A DNA stretch of 64,000 bases, from contig CALCBD010000018.1 in assembly GCA_937897985.1 (NCBI GenBank), forward strand, positions 159,119-223,118. The letters run 5' to 3'. How positions within the stretch are numbered: the stretch's first letter is position 1; each line of letters starts with the position of its first letter. The translations under genes and the position numbers were made by a program. Below, piece after piece: positions 9,381 to 19,747 of this stretch. This DNA comes from an uncultured Paludibacter sp. Lineage in GTDB: Bacteria; Bacteroidota; Bacteroidia; Bacteroidales; Paludibacteraceae. The notes below the pieces were generated by a model, which worked only from the letters and a program-made list of their open reading frames with translations, was not told the DNA's origin and searched no databases.

Positions 9381-12014
9381 ATGCAATACAAAATTTTATT
9401 CCTTTTTAGCTTTTTAGCTGTTTTTGCTCAATTTGCTTTCAGCCAGGACGCAGCTCAGAATGACACTACCAAACTTCCTGTTATTGAATATTCAAATGTC
9501 AATCCGAAGTACGAAATTGCACAGATTACTGTCACAGGGGCAAGTAATTATGAAGATTTTGTTCTTATCGGATTTTCGGGACTTTCGGTGGGTGACCAGG
9601 TAAGTATTCCGGGTGATCAGATAACAAATGCAGTAAAACGTTTCTGGAAACAGGGTCTCTTCTCCGATGTAAAAATTTATGCTACCAAAATTCGCGACGG
9701 TAAAGTATGGCTGAATATTGAACTGAAAGAACGTCCGAGAGTGTCTGAAATTAACTTTAACGGACTCAAAAAAGGAGAAATTGAAGACCTTCAGGCTAAA
9801 CTCGGAATCGTAAAGGGCAACCAGATTACTCCTAATATTTCTGACCGGGCCAAAAAAGTTATTCAAAAATACATGGAGGATAAAGGTTTCTTAAATGTTG
9901 AAGCCAATGTTTATCAACGAAACGACCCCAATAAACCCGGACATGTCATTGTTGACGTAGATGTCGATAAAAAGCTCAAAACCAAGGTGCACAGTATTAA
10001 TCTGACCGGAAATAAAGTGCTTTCGTTCAATCAGATTAACAAAACAATGAAAAAAACAAACGACAATAACTGGAGAAATTTTTTCCGTTCAAAAAAGTTT
10101 GTTAAAGAAGAATATGAAAAAGACAAGGTGGCTTTAATTGATAAATACAACGAAATCGGTTACAGAGATGCATATATCGTTGCCGATAGCGTGGTAAAAT
10201 TTGATGATAAATCGGTCAATGTCTACATGACCATTAATGAGGGCAAAAAGTATTATTTCCGGAATATTAAATGGATTGGTAATACCATTTATCCTTACGA
10301 ATACCTTAATGCAGTTTTAGGCATAAAAAAAGGTGATGTTTACAATCACAAACATTTAATGGCGCGTCTGCAAACTGACGAAAACGATGCAGTCAGTAAA
10401 CTTTATCAGGACCGTGGTTATTTATTTTCGAACATCGAACCTGTGGAAGTACTGATTGATAATGATTCGATAGATTTCGAAATGAGGATTTACGAAGGAA
10501 AACCTGCTACCATCAACGAAATCGGAATAAAAGGAAATACTCGTGTTTATGAACATATCGTTCGTCGTGAATTACGTACAAAACCCGGACAACTTTACAG
10601 CCAGTCTGAAATTATGCGTTCGTTACGCGAATTGGCACAAATGGGTCATTTCGATCAGGAAAAACTTAAACCGGACATTCAACCTAATCAGGAAAACGGA
10701 ACAGTTGATATTACCTATGAACTCGAAACCAAAGGAAGCGATCAGGTCGAATTTTCTGCCGGTTGGGGATCGACTGGTATTGTAGGAAGTATAGGTTTGA
10801 AATTCAGTAATTTTGCTATCCAAAATCTGTTTAAACCTGACACTTACCGTATTGTGCCTCAGGGAGAAGGTCAGACTTTTTCTCTTAATGCCCGTACCAA
10901 CGGAAAGTCATATTCATCATTCAGTTTGTCGTTCCTCGAACCATGGCTCGGTGGCAAACGACCTAATTCGCTATCGACTTCGATTTATTATTCAAGTCAG
11001 TCCACTATCAGCGACAGGTATCTGAGTAACCTGAGTTCTTATTCAGGGTACGGTTACGGATATGGAAGTTATGGCTACAGCGGATATGGAAATACCTACG
11101 GAAACAGTTACGGAAACTCGGCTTTGTACGAAACTGAAACTGACCCTGATAAATACATGCGTACCATCGGTGCATCGATTGGGTATGGAAAAAGACTTAA
11201 CTGGCCTGACGATTATTTTAATTTTTACGGCGAGTTGTCCTACCAGTTGTTCATGCTCAAAGGTTGGTATAAATCGATGTTCCCAATGACCGAAGGACAG
11301 TTTAATAACCTGAGTCTGAATCTTGTGCTCAGCCGGAGTTCTATCGACAATCCGATTTATACACGCAGGGGGTCATCATTTTCATTAGGTCTTAAAATTA
11401 CACCTCCTTATTCGAGTTTTAACGGGGTTGATTATTCTTCTAATCTCACCGATCAGGAAAGATACAAATGGATTGAATACCACAAATGGACTTTCAGCGG
11501 AAAGATGTTTACACCACTTACTTCCAACAATAAGTCGCTTGTATTGATGAGCCGTGTGATGTTCTCCTATTTGGGACATTATAACAAAGATGCAAAATCA
11601 CCTTTCGAAACTTTCTATATGGGTGGCGACGGAATGTCGGCCTATACAAGCTACGGAACCGATTATATCGCAATGCGTGGTTACGAAAGCGGATCGTTAA
11701 CACCTTACAGTTCTGTTACCGGTTCGTATGCGGGTTATCTGTACAATAAATTTACCATGGAACTAAGGTATCCGCTGTCGCTCGAACAATCTGCAACCAT
11801 TTATGCACTCGGTTTTATCGAAGCCGGGAACGCATTCAGTTCAATCAAAGGATATAATCCGTTTGACCTGAAACGGTCGGCAGGTGTCGGTGTTCGTATA
11901 TTTTTACCAATGTTCGGTATGATGGGTATTGATTGGGGTTATGGTTTCGACAAAGCTGTGAGTGGAACCAAAGGTGGAAGTCAGTTCCATTTTGTACTTG
12001 GTCAGGAATTATAG
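9381..12014 (+). CDS. bamA: Outer-membrane protein assembly factor BamA
   Basis: 877 aa with a signal peptide, repeated POTRA-like modules, then an Omp85 barrel. Canonical uppS-bamA-skp context. Confidence 0.95.
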   Translation: MQYKILFLFSFLAVFAQFAFSQDAAQNDTTKLPVIEYSNVNPKYEIAQITVTGASNYEDFVLIGFSGLSVGDQVSIPGDQITNAVKRFWKQGLFSDVKIYATKIRDGKVWLNIELKERPRVSEINFNGLKKGEIEDLQAKLGIVKGNQITPNISDRAKKVIQKYMEDKGFLNVEANVYQRNDPNKPGHVIVDVDVDKKLKTKVHSINLTGNKVLSFNQINKTMKKTNDNNWRNFFRSKKFVKEEYEKDKVALIDKYNEIGYRDAYIVADSVVKFDDKSVNVYMTINEGKKYYFRNIKWIGNTIYPYEYLNAVLGIKKGDVYNHKHLMARLQTDENDAVSKLYQDRGYLFSNIEPVEVLIDNDSIDFEMRIYEGKPATINEIGIKGNTRVYEHIVRRELRTKPGQLYSQSEIMRSLRELAQMGHFDQEKLKPDIQPNQENGTVDITYELETKGSDQVEFSAGWGSTGIVGSIGLKFSNFAIQNLFKPDTYRIVPQGEGQTFSLNARTNGKSYSSFSLSFLEPWLGGKRPNSLSTSIYYSSQSTISDRYLSNLSSYSGYGYGYGSYGYSGYGNTYGNSYGNSALYETETDPDKYMRTIGASIGYGKRLNWPDDYFNFYGELSYQLFMLKGWYKSMFPMTEGQFNNLSLNLVLSRSSIDNPIYTRRGSSFSLGLKITPPYSSFNGVDYSSNLTDQERYKWIEYHKWTFSGKMFTPLTSNNKSLVLMSRVMFSYLGHYNKDAKSPFETFYMGGDGMSAYTSYGTDYIAMRGYESGSLTPYSSVTGSYAGYLYNKFTMELRYPLSLEQSATIYALGFIEAGNAFSSIKGYNPFDLKRSAGVGVRIFLPMFGMMGIDWGYGFDKAVSGTKGGSQFHFVLGQEL

Positions 12015-12125
12015 TTTTGATCTTAAATCGCCTGAAATGAGTTAATTAAATCCTGATTTATTTTGGCAGAATATTTGTAAAGCGTTTTCAGTTCGATTAT
12101 AACTTAACATTCAATTTAAAAAAAT

Positions 12126-12641
12126 ATGAAAAAAATTATTTTCACCCTCTGCCTGATAGCAGGTATAAGTTTTGCCGGAAATGCACAAAAATTTGCTATG
12201 GTGGATATGGAGTATATTATGAAGAATATTCCGGCTTTCGAAACAGCAAATGAACAATTGAATCAGATTTCCAAAAAATGGCAGTCGGAAGTTGAAACCA
12301 AAATGCAGGAAGTTCAGAGCATGTATAAAAATTATCAAACTGAACTGGTTTTTCTGTCGGAGGACATGAAAGTAAAACGTGAAGAGGAAATAGTATCCAA
12401 AGAAAAAGCTGCTCAGGAACTTAAACGTACGTATTTCGGAACCGAAGGTGAATTGTTTAAGAAAAGACAAAGTCTGATGAAACCAATTCAGGATGAGGTT
12501 TACACAGCAATTCAGGAAGTATGTAAAGACAAGGATTTAAGCCTGGTATTTGATAAGAGTTCTTCGATGAATGTTATATTCAGCTCACCAAAATTAGATA
12601 TAAGTGATCTTGTTTTAACAAAGTTGGGTTATTCAAAATAA
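12126..12641 (+). CDS. skp: OmpH/Skp periplasmic chaperone (paralog 1)
   Basis: 171 aa with a signal peptide and a coiled-coil, K/E/Q-rich body. Immediately downstream of bamA. Confidence 0.85.
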   Translation: MKKIIFTLCLIAGISFAGNAQKFAMVDMEYIMKNIPAFETANEQLNQISKKWQSEVETKMQEVQSMYKNYQTELVFLSEDMKVKREEEIVSKEKAAQELKRTYFGTEGELFKKRQSLMKPIQDEVYTAIQEVCKDKDLSLVFDKSSSMNVIFSSPKLDISDLVLTKLGYSK

Positions 12642-12708
12642 TATATTAATTTTGCAACTCACTTTCAAATAATTAAATAAAAATAAATAAAAACGTAAAT
12701 TAATTACC

Positions 12709-13212
12709 ATGTTAAAGAAATTTGTATTATTAATGCTTTGTGCATTGCCTTTAGGACTTTTTGCTCAGGAAAAATTGGGCCACATCAATTCAAAAGAAAT
12801 CATTTCACTTATGCCCGAAATTCCGGATATTGAGAAAAAAGTGGATGCTTTAGGAAAACAATGGGAAAGTGAAATAATGAAAATGCGTGAAGAATATAAC
12901 GGCAAGATCAAGGAATTTCAACAAAAACAGGACAGTATGCCCGATGGTATCAAACAGATCAGAATGAGTGAAATACAGGAACTTGAACAACGTATTACCA
13001 CTTTCCAGCAAACAGCTTACAGCGATTTGCAAAAGAAACAACAGGAAATGGTTAATCCGGTAATTGAAAAAGTTAAGAAAGCAATTAACGATGTGGCCGT
13101 TGAAAACAATTATACATACATTTTTGATTTAAGCGCGCAAAGTATCATTTATCAGTCACCTAAATCAAATGATATTACAGCACTGGTTAAGAAAAAGTTA
13201 GCTCTGAAATAA
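12709..13212 (+). CDS. skp: OmpH/Skp periplasmic chaperone (paralog 2)
   Basis: 167 aa with the same architecture as 12126..12641. Confidence 0.85.
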   Translation: MLKKFVLLMLCALPLGLFAQEKLGHINSKEIISLMPEIPDIEKKVDALGKQWESEIMKMREEYNGKIKEFQQKQDSMPDGIKQIRMSEIQELEQRITTFQQTAYSDLQKKQQEMVNPVIEKVKKAINDVAVENNYTYIFDLSAQSIIYQSPKSNDITALVKKKLALK

Positions 13213-13239
13213 GCCTGTTTTACCATATACATTAAAAGT

Positions 13240-13281
13240 GAAAAACACGAAATAAATCAATTATTTCGTGTTTTTCTTTTT
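13240..13281. terminator. Rho-independent (probably bidirectional) terminator between convergent skp and lrp/asnC genes
   Basis: Perfect 16-bp stem GAAAAACACGAAATAA (13240..13255) / TTATTTCGTGTTTTTC (13261..13276) with a 5-nt loop, followed by TTTTT. An A-run precedes it on the other strand. Confidence 0.75.
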
Positions 13282-13377
13282 GATATAATAAAACGGAACG
13301 AGAATAGTTTTTATGTCCGAAAGCAGAGCATGTGGCCCTGTGGAAAGCTGATATTAACTCAAATACACCAAAGTGTT

Positions 13378-13881
13378 CTATTCTTCTTCATCGATGAAAT
13401 CGGCAGTCGTATCAATTTCAAAAACCGAAAGCTGACGTCTGAAAACCTCATCAAGCGAAATCTGAAAAGTTTCGGTATGTGCAATTCCGGCAATAGGCGT
13501 CATTTTTTCAAGAATAATCTGAAGTAAATGGCGGTTGTCTTTTGCATAAATTTTAACAAACATTGAAAATTTACCTGTTGTATAGTGACATTCCACCACT
13601 TCAGGTATTTTTTTGAGCTCTTCAACCACAAAAGGAAATGATTTAACATCACTCAGTGTAATTCCGATGTACGCACAGGTTTGAAAACCAACCTTATATG
13701 TGTCGATTACGAATTCTGATCCTTTGATAATTCCGGTGTTGCGAAGTTTTTGAATACGTTGATGTATCGCTGCACCTGAAACATTACATTCACGAGCTAC
13801 TTCGAGGAACGGAATTCTGGCATCCTGCGAAATGAGCTGTAAAATTTTTTTGTCTAAACGGTCAATCTGGTGGTGTCCCAT
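13378..13881 (-). CDS. Lrp/AsnC-family transcriptional regulator
   Basis: HTH LDKKILQLISQDARIPFLEVARECNVSGAAIHQRIQKLRNTGIIKG plus a C-terminal RAM-like domain. Confidence 0.9.
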   Translation of the reverse strand: MGHHQIDRLDKKILQLISQDARIPFLEVARECNVSGAAIHQRIQKLRNTGIIKGSEFVIDTYKVGFQTCAYIGITLSDVKSFPFVVEELKKIPEVVECHYTTGKFSMFVKIYAKDNRHLLQIILEKMTPIAGIAHTETFQISLDEVFRRQLSVFEIDTTADFIDEEE

Positions 13882-14013
13882 AGTAAATTATTTATTCGAT
13901 TGTAATAGCAAAACTTGCTGTTAGATGTGTTTCGAATGCAAATGTATTAATTATTTTTTTATTTTCTGCAAAAAAAGAAACAAATTGATAGTGCTTTTGT
14001 AAAATTATTCAAA

Positions 14014-14949
14014 TTATCGATATTTTCCACCTTCGCATTCTTCGAGCATGCTGATATAACTCTGATATCGGGATGAACTAATGAGTTTATCCTCCAGCGC
14101 CTTCAAAACCGCACATCCGGGTTCGTGTACATGTGTGCAGTCAGAAAATCTGCATTCGCCCGATTTAATGAAGATTTCTTTGAAAAAATGGCTGATTTCC
14201 TCTTTATTCATATCAACAGTACCAAAACCTTTAATCCCGGGAGTGTCAATAACAGCACCGCCTTCGGCCAACTGAAACATTTCGGAAAATGTGGTGGTGT
14301 GCATACCTTTGTTGTGATAGGTTGAAATTTCAGCTGTTTTTGTCATCGAAGCAGGTGCAATCGTATTGATAATAGTTGACTTGCCTACGCCCGAATTGCC
14401 TGATATTAAGGTTATTTTTTCCCTGAAAAACCCAGTAAGTGATTCCAGATTAACTGATTTTTTTGCAGATATTCTGAAAACTTTATAGCCCAAACCCGAA
14501 TATAAATGTTCGAGTGCGTCTAAGTAGCGTGTTTCCTGTTCGTTGTATAAATCTGTTTTGTTGAATATAATACAGGCTGAAACTCTGTATGCCTCGGCTG
14601 ATGCCAGAAACCGGTCAATAAAAACAGTTGAAGTTTCCGGATAATTCACAGTTGCTATCAATGCCACCAAATCGATGTTGGCAGCTAATATATGCGATTG
14701 TTTTGAAAGATTGGACGAACGGCGTACTATATAATTTTTACGGTCGTGAATAGCTGAAATCATACCTATCCCATCAGAATTCAGTTCAAAATCAACAATG
14801 TCGCCTACAGCAATCGGATTTGTACTTCGTATTTTATTAAGCCGTAAATTGCCCTTGATCTTACATTCAATCAGTACCTCCCTGTCAGTTTTGACCTGAT
14901 ACCAACTTCCGGTATTTTTTATTACCAACCCAACCATAATTTCAGTCAC
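14014..14949 (-). CDS. rsgA: Ribosome small-subunit-dependent GTPase A
   Basis: OB-fold N-terminus, circularly permuted GTPase (NKTDL...GNSGVGKSTIIN) and C-terminal zinc knuckle CRFSDCTHVHEPGCAV. Confidence 0.95.
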   Translation of the reverse strand: MTEIMVGLVIKNTGSWYQVKTDREVLIECKIKGNLRLNKIRSTNPIAVGDIVDFELNSDGIGMISAIHDRKNYIVRRSSNLSKQSHILAANIDLVALIATVNYPETSTVFIDRFLASAEAYRVSACIIFNKTDLYNEQETRYLDALEHLYSGLGYKVFRISAKKSVNLESLTGFFREKITLISGNSGVGKSTIINTIAPASMTKTAEISTYHNKGMHTTTFSEMFQLAEGGAVIDTPGIKGFGTVDMNKEEISHFFKEIFIKSGECRFSDCTHVHEPGCAVLKALEDKLISSSRYQSYISMLEECEGGKYR

Positions 14950-14971
14950 TGTTTGTCTAATAATTAATTGT

Positions 14972-16072
14972 TTAAAATGCTTCCGAGGCTGTCAGATAAA
15001 ACTGTGGTTTGTTGCCGTAATTATTTTTGGCAATGTCGAGCCGCAAATGTACTCTTGCATCATTCAACTGGTATCTTAATCCTGCTCCGTAAGCAATTTT
15101 CAGTTTATCTGTCTGAAGATTACTACTGTTAAAAACATCTCCTGCCGAGCAGAATACAGCCGCTTTGAACTTTTTATAAACAGGCAGCCTGTATTCGGTC
15201 TGAAGTAACATTAAGCAGTTGTCGCGAAACATGCCCTGTTGAAAACCCCTTAGCAAATCGATTCCTCCGGGCGACGGCAAAAGCTGGAACGGAACATTAT
15301 TTTCACTTAAAACTCCTTTACAGTAAAATTGCCAGGCGAATGTGCTGTTATGAATGACTGGTATAAATTGCCTGATGTCCATTGAAAATGTTTTCACCGA
15401 ATAAGTGCTGCCCCATTTCTGACCTGCAAATCCAAACATTGATTTGACTAAGAAACCTTTAAAAGGGTAAAACTGATTGTCGCGATTGTCGAATGAGAAA
15501 AGCAGGCCTAAAGTCAGCTGCGAATAAGGAGTCCAGCCTTCGGGTCCGAAATTGCGGTAAATATAATCTTTTTTTGCGTCGAATGATGAGTCGGTACTTA
15601 ATTTTTCGTTCCGGTATTCAATTAATCCACCTATAAAAAGGTTTTTGCGTATCAGAAATTGTGGCTGGACATTGACATTGACATTTTTTGAGGTGTAGGT
15701 CTGCTTCAGATCATTGATTTTGTTACCTCGTCCGTAGTAATAATCAGGGTAGTTTCTGATATTGAGATTCGAATAAATCAACCATTTATCATTATTAAGA
15801 AATATTTTCGGGGAGATATTGAAACTGAATTGATTGCGTAAGGTATATTCAGCACTGGCAGTAACCGAACTGATGCGACTCAAATGATGGCTCTTGAAAT
15901 AATATGCTCCGGTTAAGCCACCCATCCAGCTGGTTTCCGGTTGATAGGAGGTATATGGAAATGCAAATAAACTATGTGAAATAACGCTGTCATTTTTAAC
16001 TTCCTGAGAAAAAAGCTGCATAAAGATGAAAAAAATGACGGTAATAAAAAGAGCTGATCTTTTGAATTCCAT
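14972..16072 (-). CDS. Omp85/BamA-family outer-membrane barrel without POTRA domains
   Basis: Signal peptide from the internal Met (MEFKRSALFITVIFFIFMQLFSQE; the ORF track starts 8 codons earlier at 16096). Barrel repeats and a terminal ...YLTASEAF aromatic residue typical of the bacterial surface antigen (D15) fold. Confidence 0.65.
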   Translation of the reverse strand: MEFKRSALFITVIFFIFMQLFSQEVKNDSVISHSLFAFPYTSYQPETSWMGGLTGAYYFKSHHLSRISSVTASAEYTLRNQFSFNISPKIFLNNDKWLIYSNLNIRNYPDYYYGRGNKINDLKQTYTSKNVNVNVQPQFLIRKNLFIGGLIEYRNEKLSTDSSFDAKKDYIYRNFGPEGWTPYSQLTLGLLFSFDNRDNQFYPFKGFLVKSMFGFAGQKWGSTYSVKTFSMDIRQFIPVIHNSTFAWQFYCKGVLSENNVPFQLLPSPGGIDLLRGFQQGMFRDNCLMLLQTEYRLPVYKKFKAAVFCSAGDVFNSSNLQTDKLKIAYGAGLRYQLNDARVHLRLDIAKNNYGNKPQFYLTASEAF

Positions 16073-16153
16073 TTTAAAATAAAAAACATCAGTCATCCCA
16101 AAGTTGTATTGAGATGACTGAATGTGTATTCATATTATCAAAAATCTGAATAG

Positions 16154-16714
16154 TTAAACTGTCATTATTTCCTTTTCTTTAGCCAAAAGCATATCGTCAA
16201 TTTTTTTGATATACTTATCATGAATTTTCTGAACGCTTGCTTCAGCGTCCTTTTCCACATCTTCGGGTAAGCCGTTTTTCTCGAGTTTTTTTAATTGTTC
16301 GATGGCTTCACGACGTGCATTACGTACTGAGATTTTAGCTTCTTCACCTTCATGTTTCGACTGTTTTGCCAGCTGACGGCGGCGCTCTTCTGTGAGAGGA
16401 GGTATGCCAAGTCTGATGACTTCACCATTGTTCATTGGAGTAATTCCGACGTCTGAATTTAATATTGCTTTTTCGATTACGCTGATCAAACCTTTTTCCC
16501 AGGGTTGAATGGTGATGGTTTTTGCATCGGGTGTAGTAATCGTTGCAACATTGGATAAAGGTACGTGTGAACCATAATAATCAACTTTCACCCCATCCAA
16601 AATACGGGGGTTGGCTTTTCCGGCACGAATATGAGCCAATGACTCGTCTAAAAACAGGAGAGTAGCTTCCATGCTTTCCTCAGCATCTGTCAGTATGGGT
16701 TTAATGTCATGCAT
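16154..16714 (-). CDS. frr: Ribosome recycling factor
   Basis: 186 aa. [19 protein letters not shown] and the VRNARREA helix. Downstream of pyrH as usual. Confidence 0.97.
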   Translation of the reverse strand: MHDIKPILTDAEESMEATLLFLDESLAHIRAGKANPRILDGVKVDYYGSHVPLSNVATITTPDAKTITIQPWEKGLISVIEKAILNSDVGITPMNNGEVIRLGIPPLTEERRRQLAKQSKHEGEEAKISVRNARREAIEQLKKLEKNGLPEDVEKDAEASVQKIHDKYIKKIDDMLLAKEKEIMTV

Positions 16715-16816
16715 AATATGTAAATTATTTTACCTTCAACCACAAAAAGCGGTAATCAGGGTTTTGTTAATAATATTTTAATGAATTTTTTTCTGCTGTA
16801 TTATTTATTCCGATTG

Positions 16817-17527
16817 TCAGTTTTTTACTAATGTACCGATTTTTTCGCCTTCGATAACTCTTTTCAGATTTCCCGGAGTGTCCATATCGAACACATAAAT
16901 AGGCATATTATTTTCTTTACACATGGTGGTTGCGGTAAGATCCATTACTTTGAGATGACGGTTGTAAATTTCATCGTAGGTAATTTCGTCGAATTTCACT
17001 GCTGTTTTATCTTTTTCAGGATCAGCAGTATAAATACCATCAACACGGGTGCCCTTTAACATAACATCAGCTTCGATCTCGATAGCGCGAAGTGAAGAAC
17101 CGGTATCGGTCGTAAAGAAAGGATTGCCTGTTCCACCGGAGAAAATTGCAATTTCACCATTTTCGAGAGCACTTACAGCTTTTTGTTTGGAATAAAATTC
17201 GGCAACAGGTTCCATTCGGATTGCTGTGAAAACCCGTGATTTTGCACCTATAGCCTGAAGTGCCGAATTAAGTGCCAGACTGTTAATTACTGTTGCCAAC
17301 ATACCCATCTGGTCGCCCTGCACACGATCAAAGCCTTTTGATGTTCCACTCAGACCACGAAATATATTTCCGCCACCAATTACTATTCCTATCTGAACAC
17401 CCATGGCTGAAATTGCCGCAATTTGCTCAGCATATTCTCCGAGACGTTTTTCATCAATTCCGTATTGTTGCTGCCCCATTAACGATTCGCCACTGAGTTT
17501 GAGAAGGATGCGTTTAAATGCTACCAT
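16817..17527 (-). CDS. pyrH: UMP kinase
   Basis: RILLKLSGESL, VIGGGNIFRG, GTGNPFFTTDTGSSLRAIEIEAD. Confidence 0.97.
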   Translation of the reverse strand: MVAFKRILLKLSGESLMGQQQYGIDEKRLGEYAEQIAAISAMGVQIGIVIGGGNIFRGLSGTSKGFDRVQGDQMGMLATVINSLALNSALQAIGAKSRVFTAIRMEPVAEFYSKQKAVSALENGEIAIFSGGTGNPFFTTDTGSSLRAIEIEADVMLKGTRVDGIYTADPEKDKTAVKFDEITYDEIYNRHLKVMDLTATTMCKENNMPIYVFDMDTPGNLKRVIEGEKIGTLVKN

Positions 17528-17773
17528 AATGATTGTTGCTGAATTTTAAAGCTGAAAACTGTTGTTAGATGATTTTTTATTCATTTCAGAGCAAAAGTAA
17601 ATAAATTGGTCGAAATGTGCAAATCTGCATCAAACCGGACATTACAGTTTCAGTTTTGTCAGAATCACTTATTCCGGATAAAGATACACAACGGATGCCG
17701 AAAGTATTTTAAAAGTACAAATGTCCGCTTCATTTAATCCACGGACATTCGGCACTTATCAAAACGAAAGAAA

Positions 17774-19660
17774 TTAAACTGCAATTTTATATGTGGAATT
17801 GTTTATTCTGACTATATAAACTCCACGTTCCAGGCTCTTTGTAAATTCATTATTCAATATCATTGAATCAATTAACATACCCTGAGTGTTGAAAATCATA
17901 ACCTTTGATGTGGTTGAAACCCTTATATGAAGATTGTTGTTGGAAACTGAAATTTCTATCCCTTCAGAATTAAGAGGTTCAATACCCGTGGTAATGGCAA
18001 ATGCAGGTGTGAATTCATTGCCATAACGATCCAAAGGTACAACTGCAAATTTACACGTTGAATTCAATCCGAAATACTTAGTCAAATCAAATTGATGAGT
18101 ATATGTAACCCCAAGCAAATAAGCTGCATTATTAAAGGACTCAGGATTTGATGTCATAGAGTTTGGAATAGCATATACGGAATATCGGATGTCTTGCTCA
18201 TCCCCCGACCACATCAGTATTTTGTTCTGAATATTTACATTATACGGCGATGACAGGGATGGATGCGACTTCCACGAAATTGCCGGTGTAAGAGCCGGTG
18301 AAATGAATTTCTGTTCGCGCAGGTACTTGCTGAATTTGCCATTTGTTACCAGATGTTTGATGCTGTATAAAACTGCACCCGGAGCAGCATTTTTGGTGGA
18401 ATTTCTGTTCCAGTCAATTTCAAGCCCGACTTCCGAATCATCAAAATTGGTAGCTGAACTTATTCGTTTTTCGGTATTTGTAAGTCCGGTTTTAAGACCG
18501 CCATTCAGGGTGTAAAGTTTTAATTCTGGTAAATCGGACGGAATCTGAGGTACAAAAACCGAAGAAATTTGTTGTGATGGTGCTTTATATGTCGATGTAA
18601 GTGCCGTCATACTCATACTTGAGTAGAAATATCTGTTAAATTTAAAAGCAACATCCGACCACCACGGGCAAAGTTTTTTATAATCCTGACCTGTACTTGT
18701 TGTAGTCCAGTACAATTGGGGTGAGATATAGTCCACTTTTCCCTGTTTCAGCCATGCAACCGGATCGCAATAAATTTGTTCGTACATATTTGAACCGGTA
18801 ATACCGGCAGGCAGGGTTAAGCCTTCCGATGCGGCAACTGTCGAACTTGTTGTCCAGATTCCGAATGGTGAAACACCGAATATGACTGTTGGTTTCACTG
18901 ACTGAATCGTATCATAAACATCAGCAACCATTTTGTTGACATTGTCTCTGCGCCAGTTGCTTAAAGTCATGTTAGCCGGTTTATAAAGATTTTGTGCATA
19001 AGAGTCCAGAGTGCTGTTGGTGCCGGCGTAAGCATAAAAATAGTCATCGAAAACAATGCCATCGATATCATACTTATTAATAATATCACCAACTATTTTT
19101 TTTATTAATTTACGGACTGCAGGATTTCCCGGATCGAGAATAGTAATCCCGTCGGTTTTTTTGCTTCCATCAGTGTTGTAAACTGCATAATCCAAAATCC
19201 ACTCGGGGTGTAACGACCGATAATCACACACAGCACCTGCATATTTTTTAGCCGATGTTTCGAACCGGTAAGGATTGAGCCAGCCATGCAGCTCAACGCC
19301 CCGTTTATGACATTCCTCAATGGCGAATGCCAGTGGGTCGTACCCAGGATTGGTGCCCCTTGAACCACCCAGGTGGGCAGACCAGGGCTCGTAAGCTGAA
19401 TTATAAAGGGCATCACTTTCAGGACGGATTTGAAAGAATATGGTATTCATATTAGCCGCTTTTACAGAATCGAGAATGGTGATAAATTCTTTTTTTTGAG
19501 CTTCAATATTGGCTGTGGTAACGCTCGTCATAGCAGTAGTGGGCCAATCGATGCGATAGACTGTAGCCATCCATCCGGCGCGCATCTCCCTTTTGGGCGA
19601 CTGAGCAAGCAGAGTAGAAAAAGTAAGGAAAGTAAGAACAATGATGGAAAGTTTTCTCAT
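17774..19660 (-). CDS. GHL10-type (glycosyl-hydrolase-like 10, YngK-like) TIM-barrel protein with T9SS C-terminal sorting domain
   Basis: Signal peptide. REMRAGWMATVYRIDWP and HGWLNPYR, blocks typical of PF02638-type proteins. C-terminus ...LERGVYIVRINNSTYKIAV is a type-A T9SS CTD. Confidence 0.7.
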   Translation of the reverse strand: MRKLSIIVLTFLTFSTLLAQSPKREMRAGWMATVYRIDWPTTAMTSVTTANIEAQKKEFITILDSVKAANMNTIFFQIRPESDALYNSAYEPWSAHLGGSRGTNPGYDPLAFAIEECHKRGVELHGWLNPYRFETSAKKYAGAVCDYRSLHPEWILDYAVYNTDGSKKTDGITILDPGNPAVRKLIKKIVGDIINKYDIDGIVFDDYFYAYAGTNSTLDSYAQNLYKPANMTLSNWRRDNVNKMVADVYDTIQSVKPTVIFGVSPFGIWTTSSTVAASEGLTLPAGITGSNMYEQIYCDPVAWLKQGKVDYISPQLYWTTTSTGQDYKKLCPWWSDVAFKFNRYFYSSMSMTALTSTYKAPSQQISSVFVPQIPSDLPELKLYTLNGGLKTGLTNTEKRISSATNFDDSEVGLEIDWNRNSTKNAAPGAVLYSIKHLVTNGKFSKYLREQKFISPALTPAISWKSHPSLSSPYNVNIQNKILMWSGDEQDIRYSVYAIPNSMTSNPESFNNAAYLLGVTYTHQFDLTKYFGLNSTCKFAVVPLDRYGNEFTPAFAITTGIEPLNSEGIEISVSNNNLHIRVSTTSKVMIFNTQGMLIDSMILNNEFTKSLERGVYIVRINNSTYKIAV

Positions 19661-19689
19661 TTTTCAGAAAGTTATTTGTTTTCATAAAC

Positions 19690-19719
19690 AACCGCCTTTT
19701 CCGCAAGGAAAAGACGGTT
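19690..19719 (-). other. Intercistronic stem-loop between the beta-helix gene and the GHL10 gene
   Basis: AACCGCCTTTTCC GCAA GGAAAAGACGGTT: 13-bp stem with one mismatch and a tetraloop, in the 87-bp gap. Confidence 0.35.
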
Positions 19720-19747
19720 GAATTTATTACCGTTTAATGGTCGGAAT

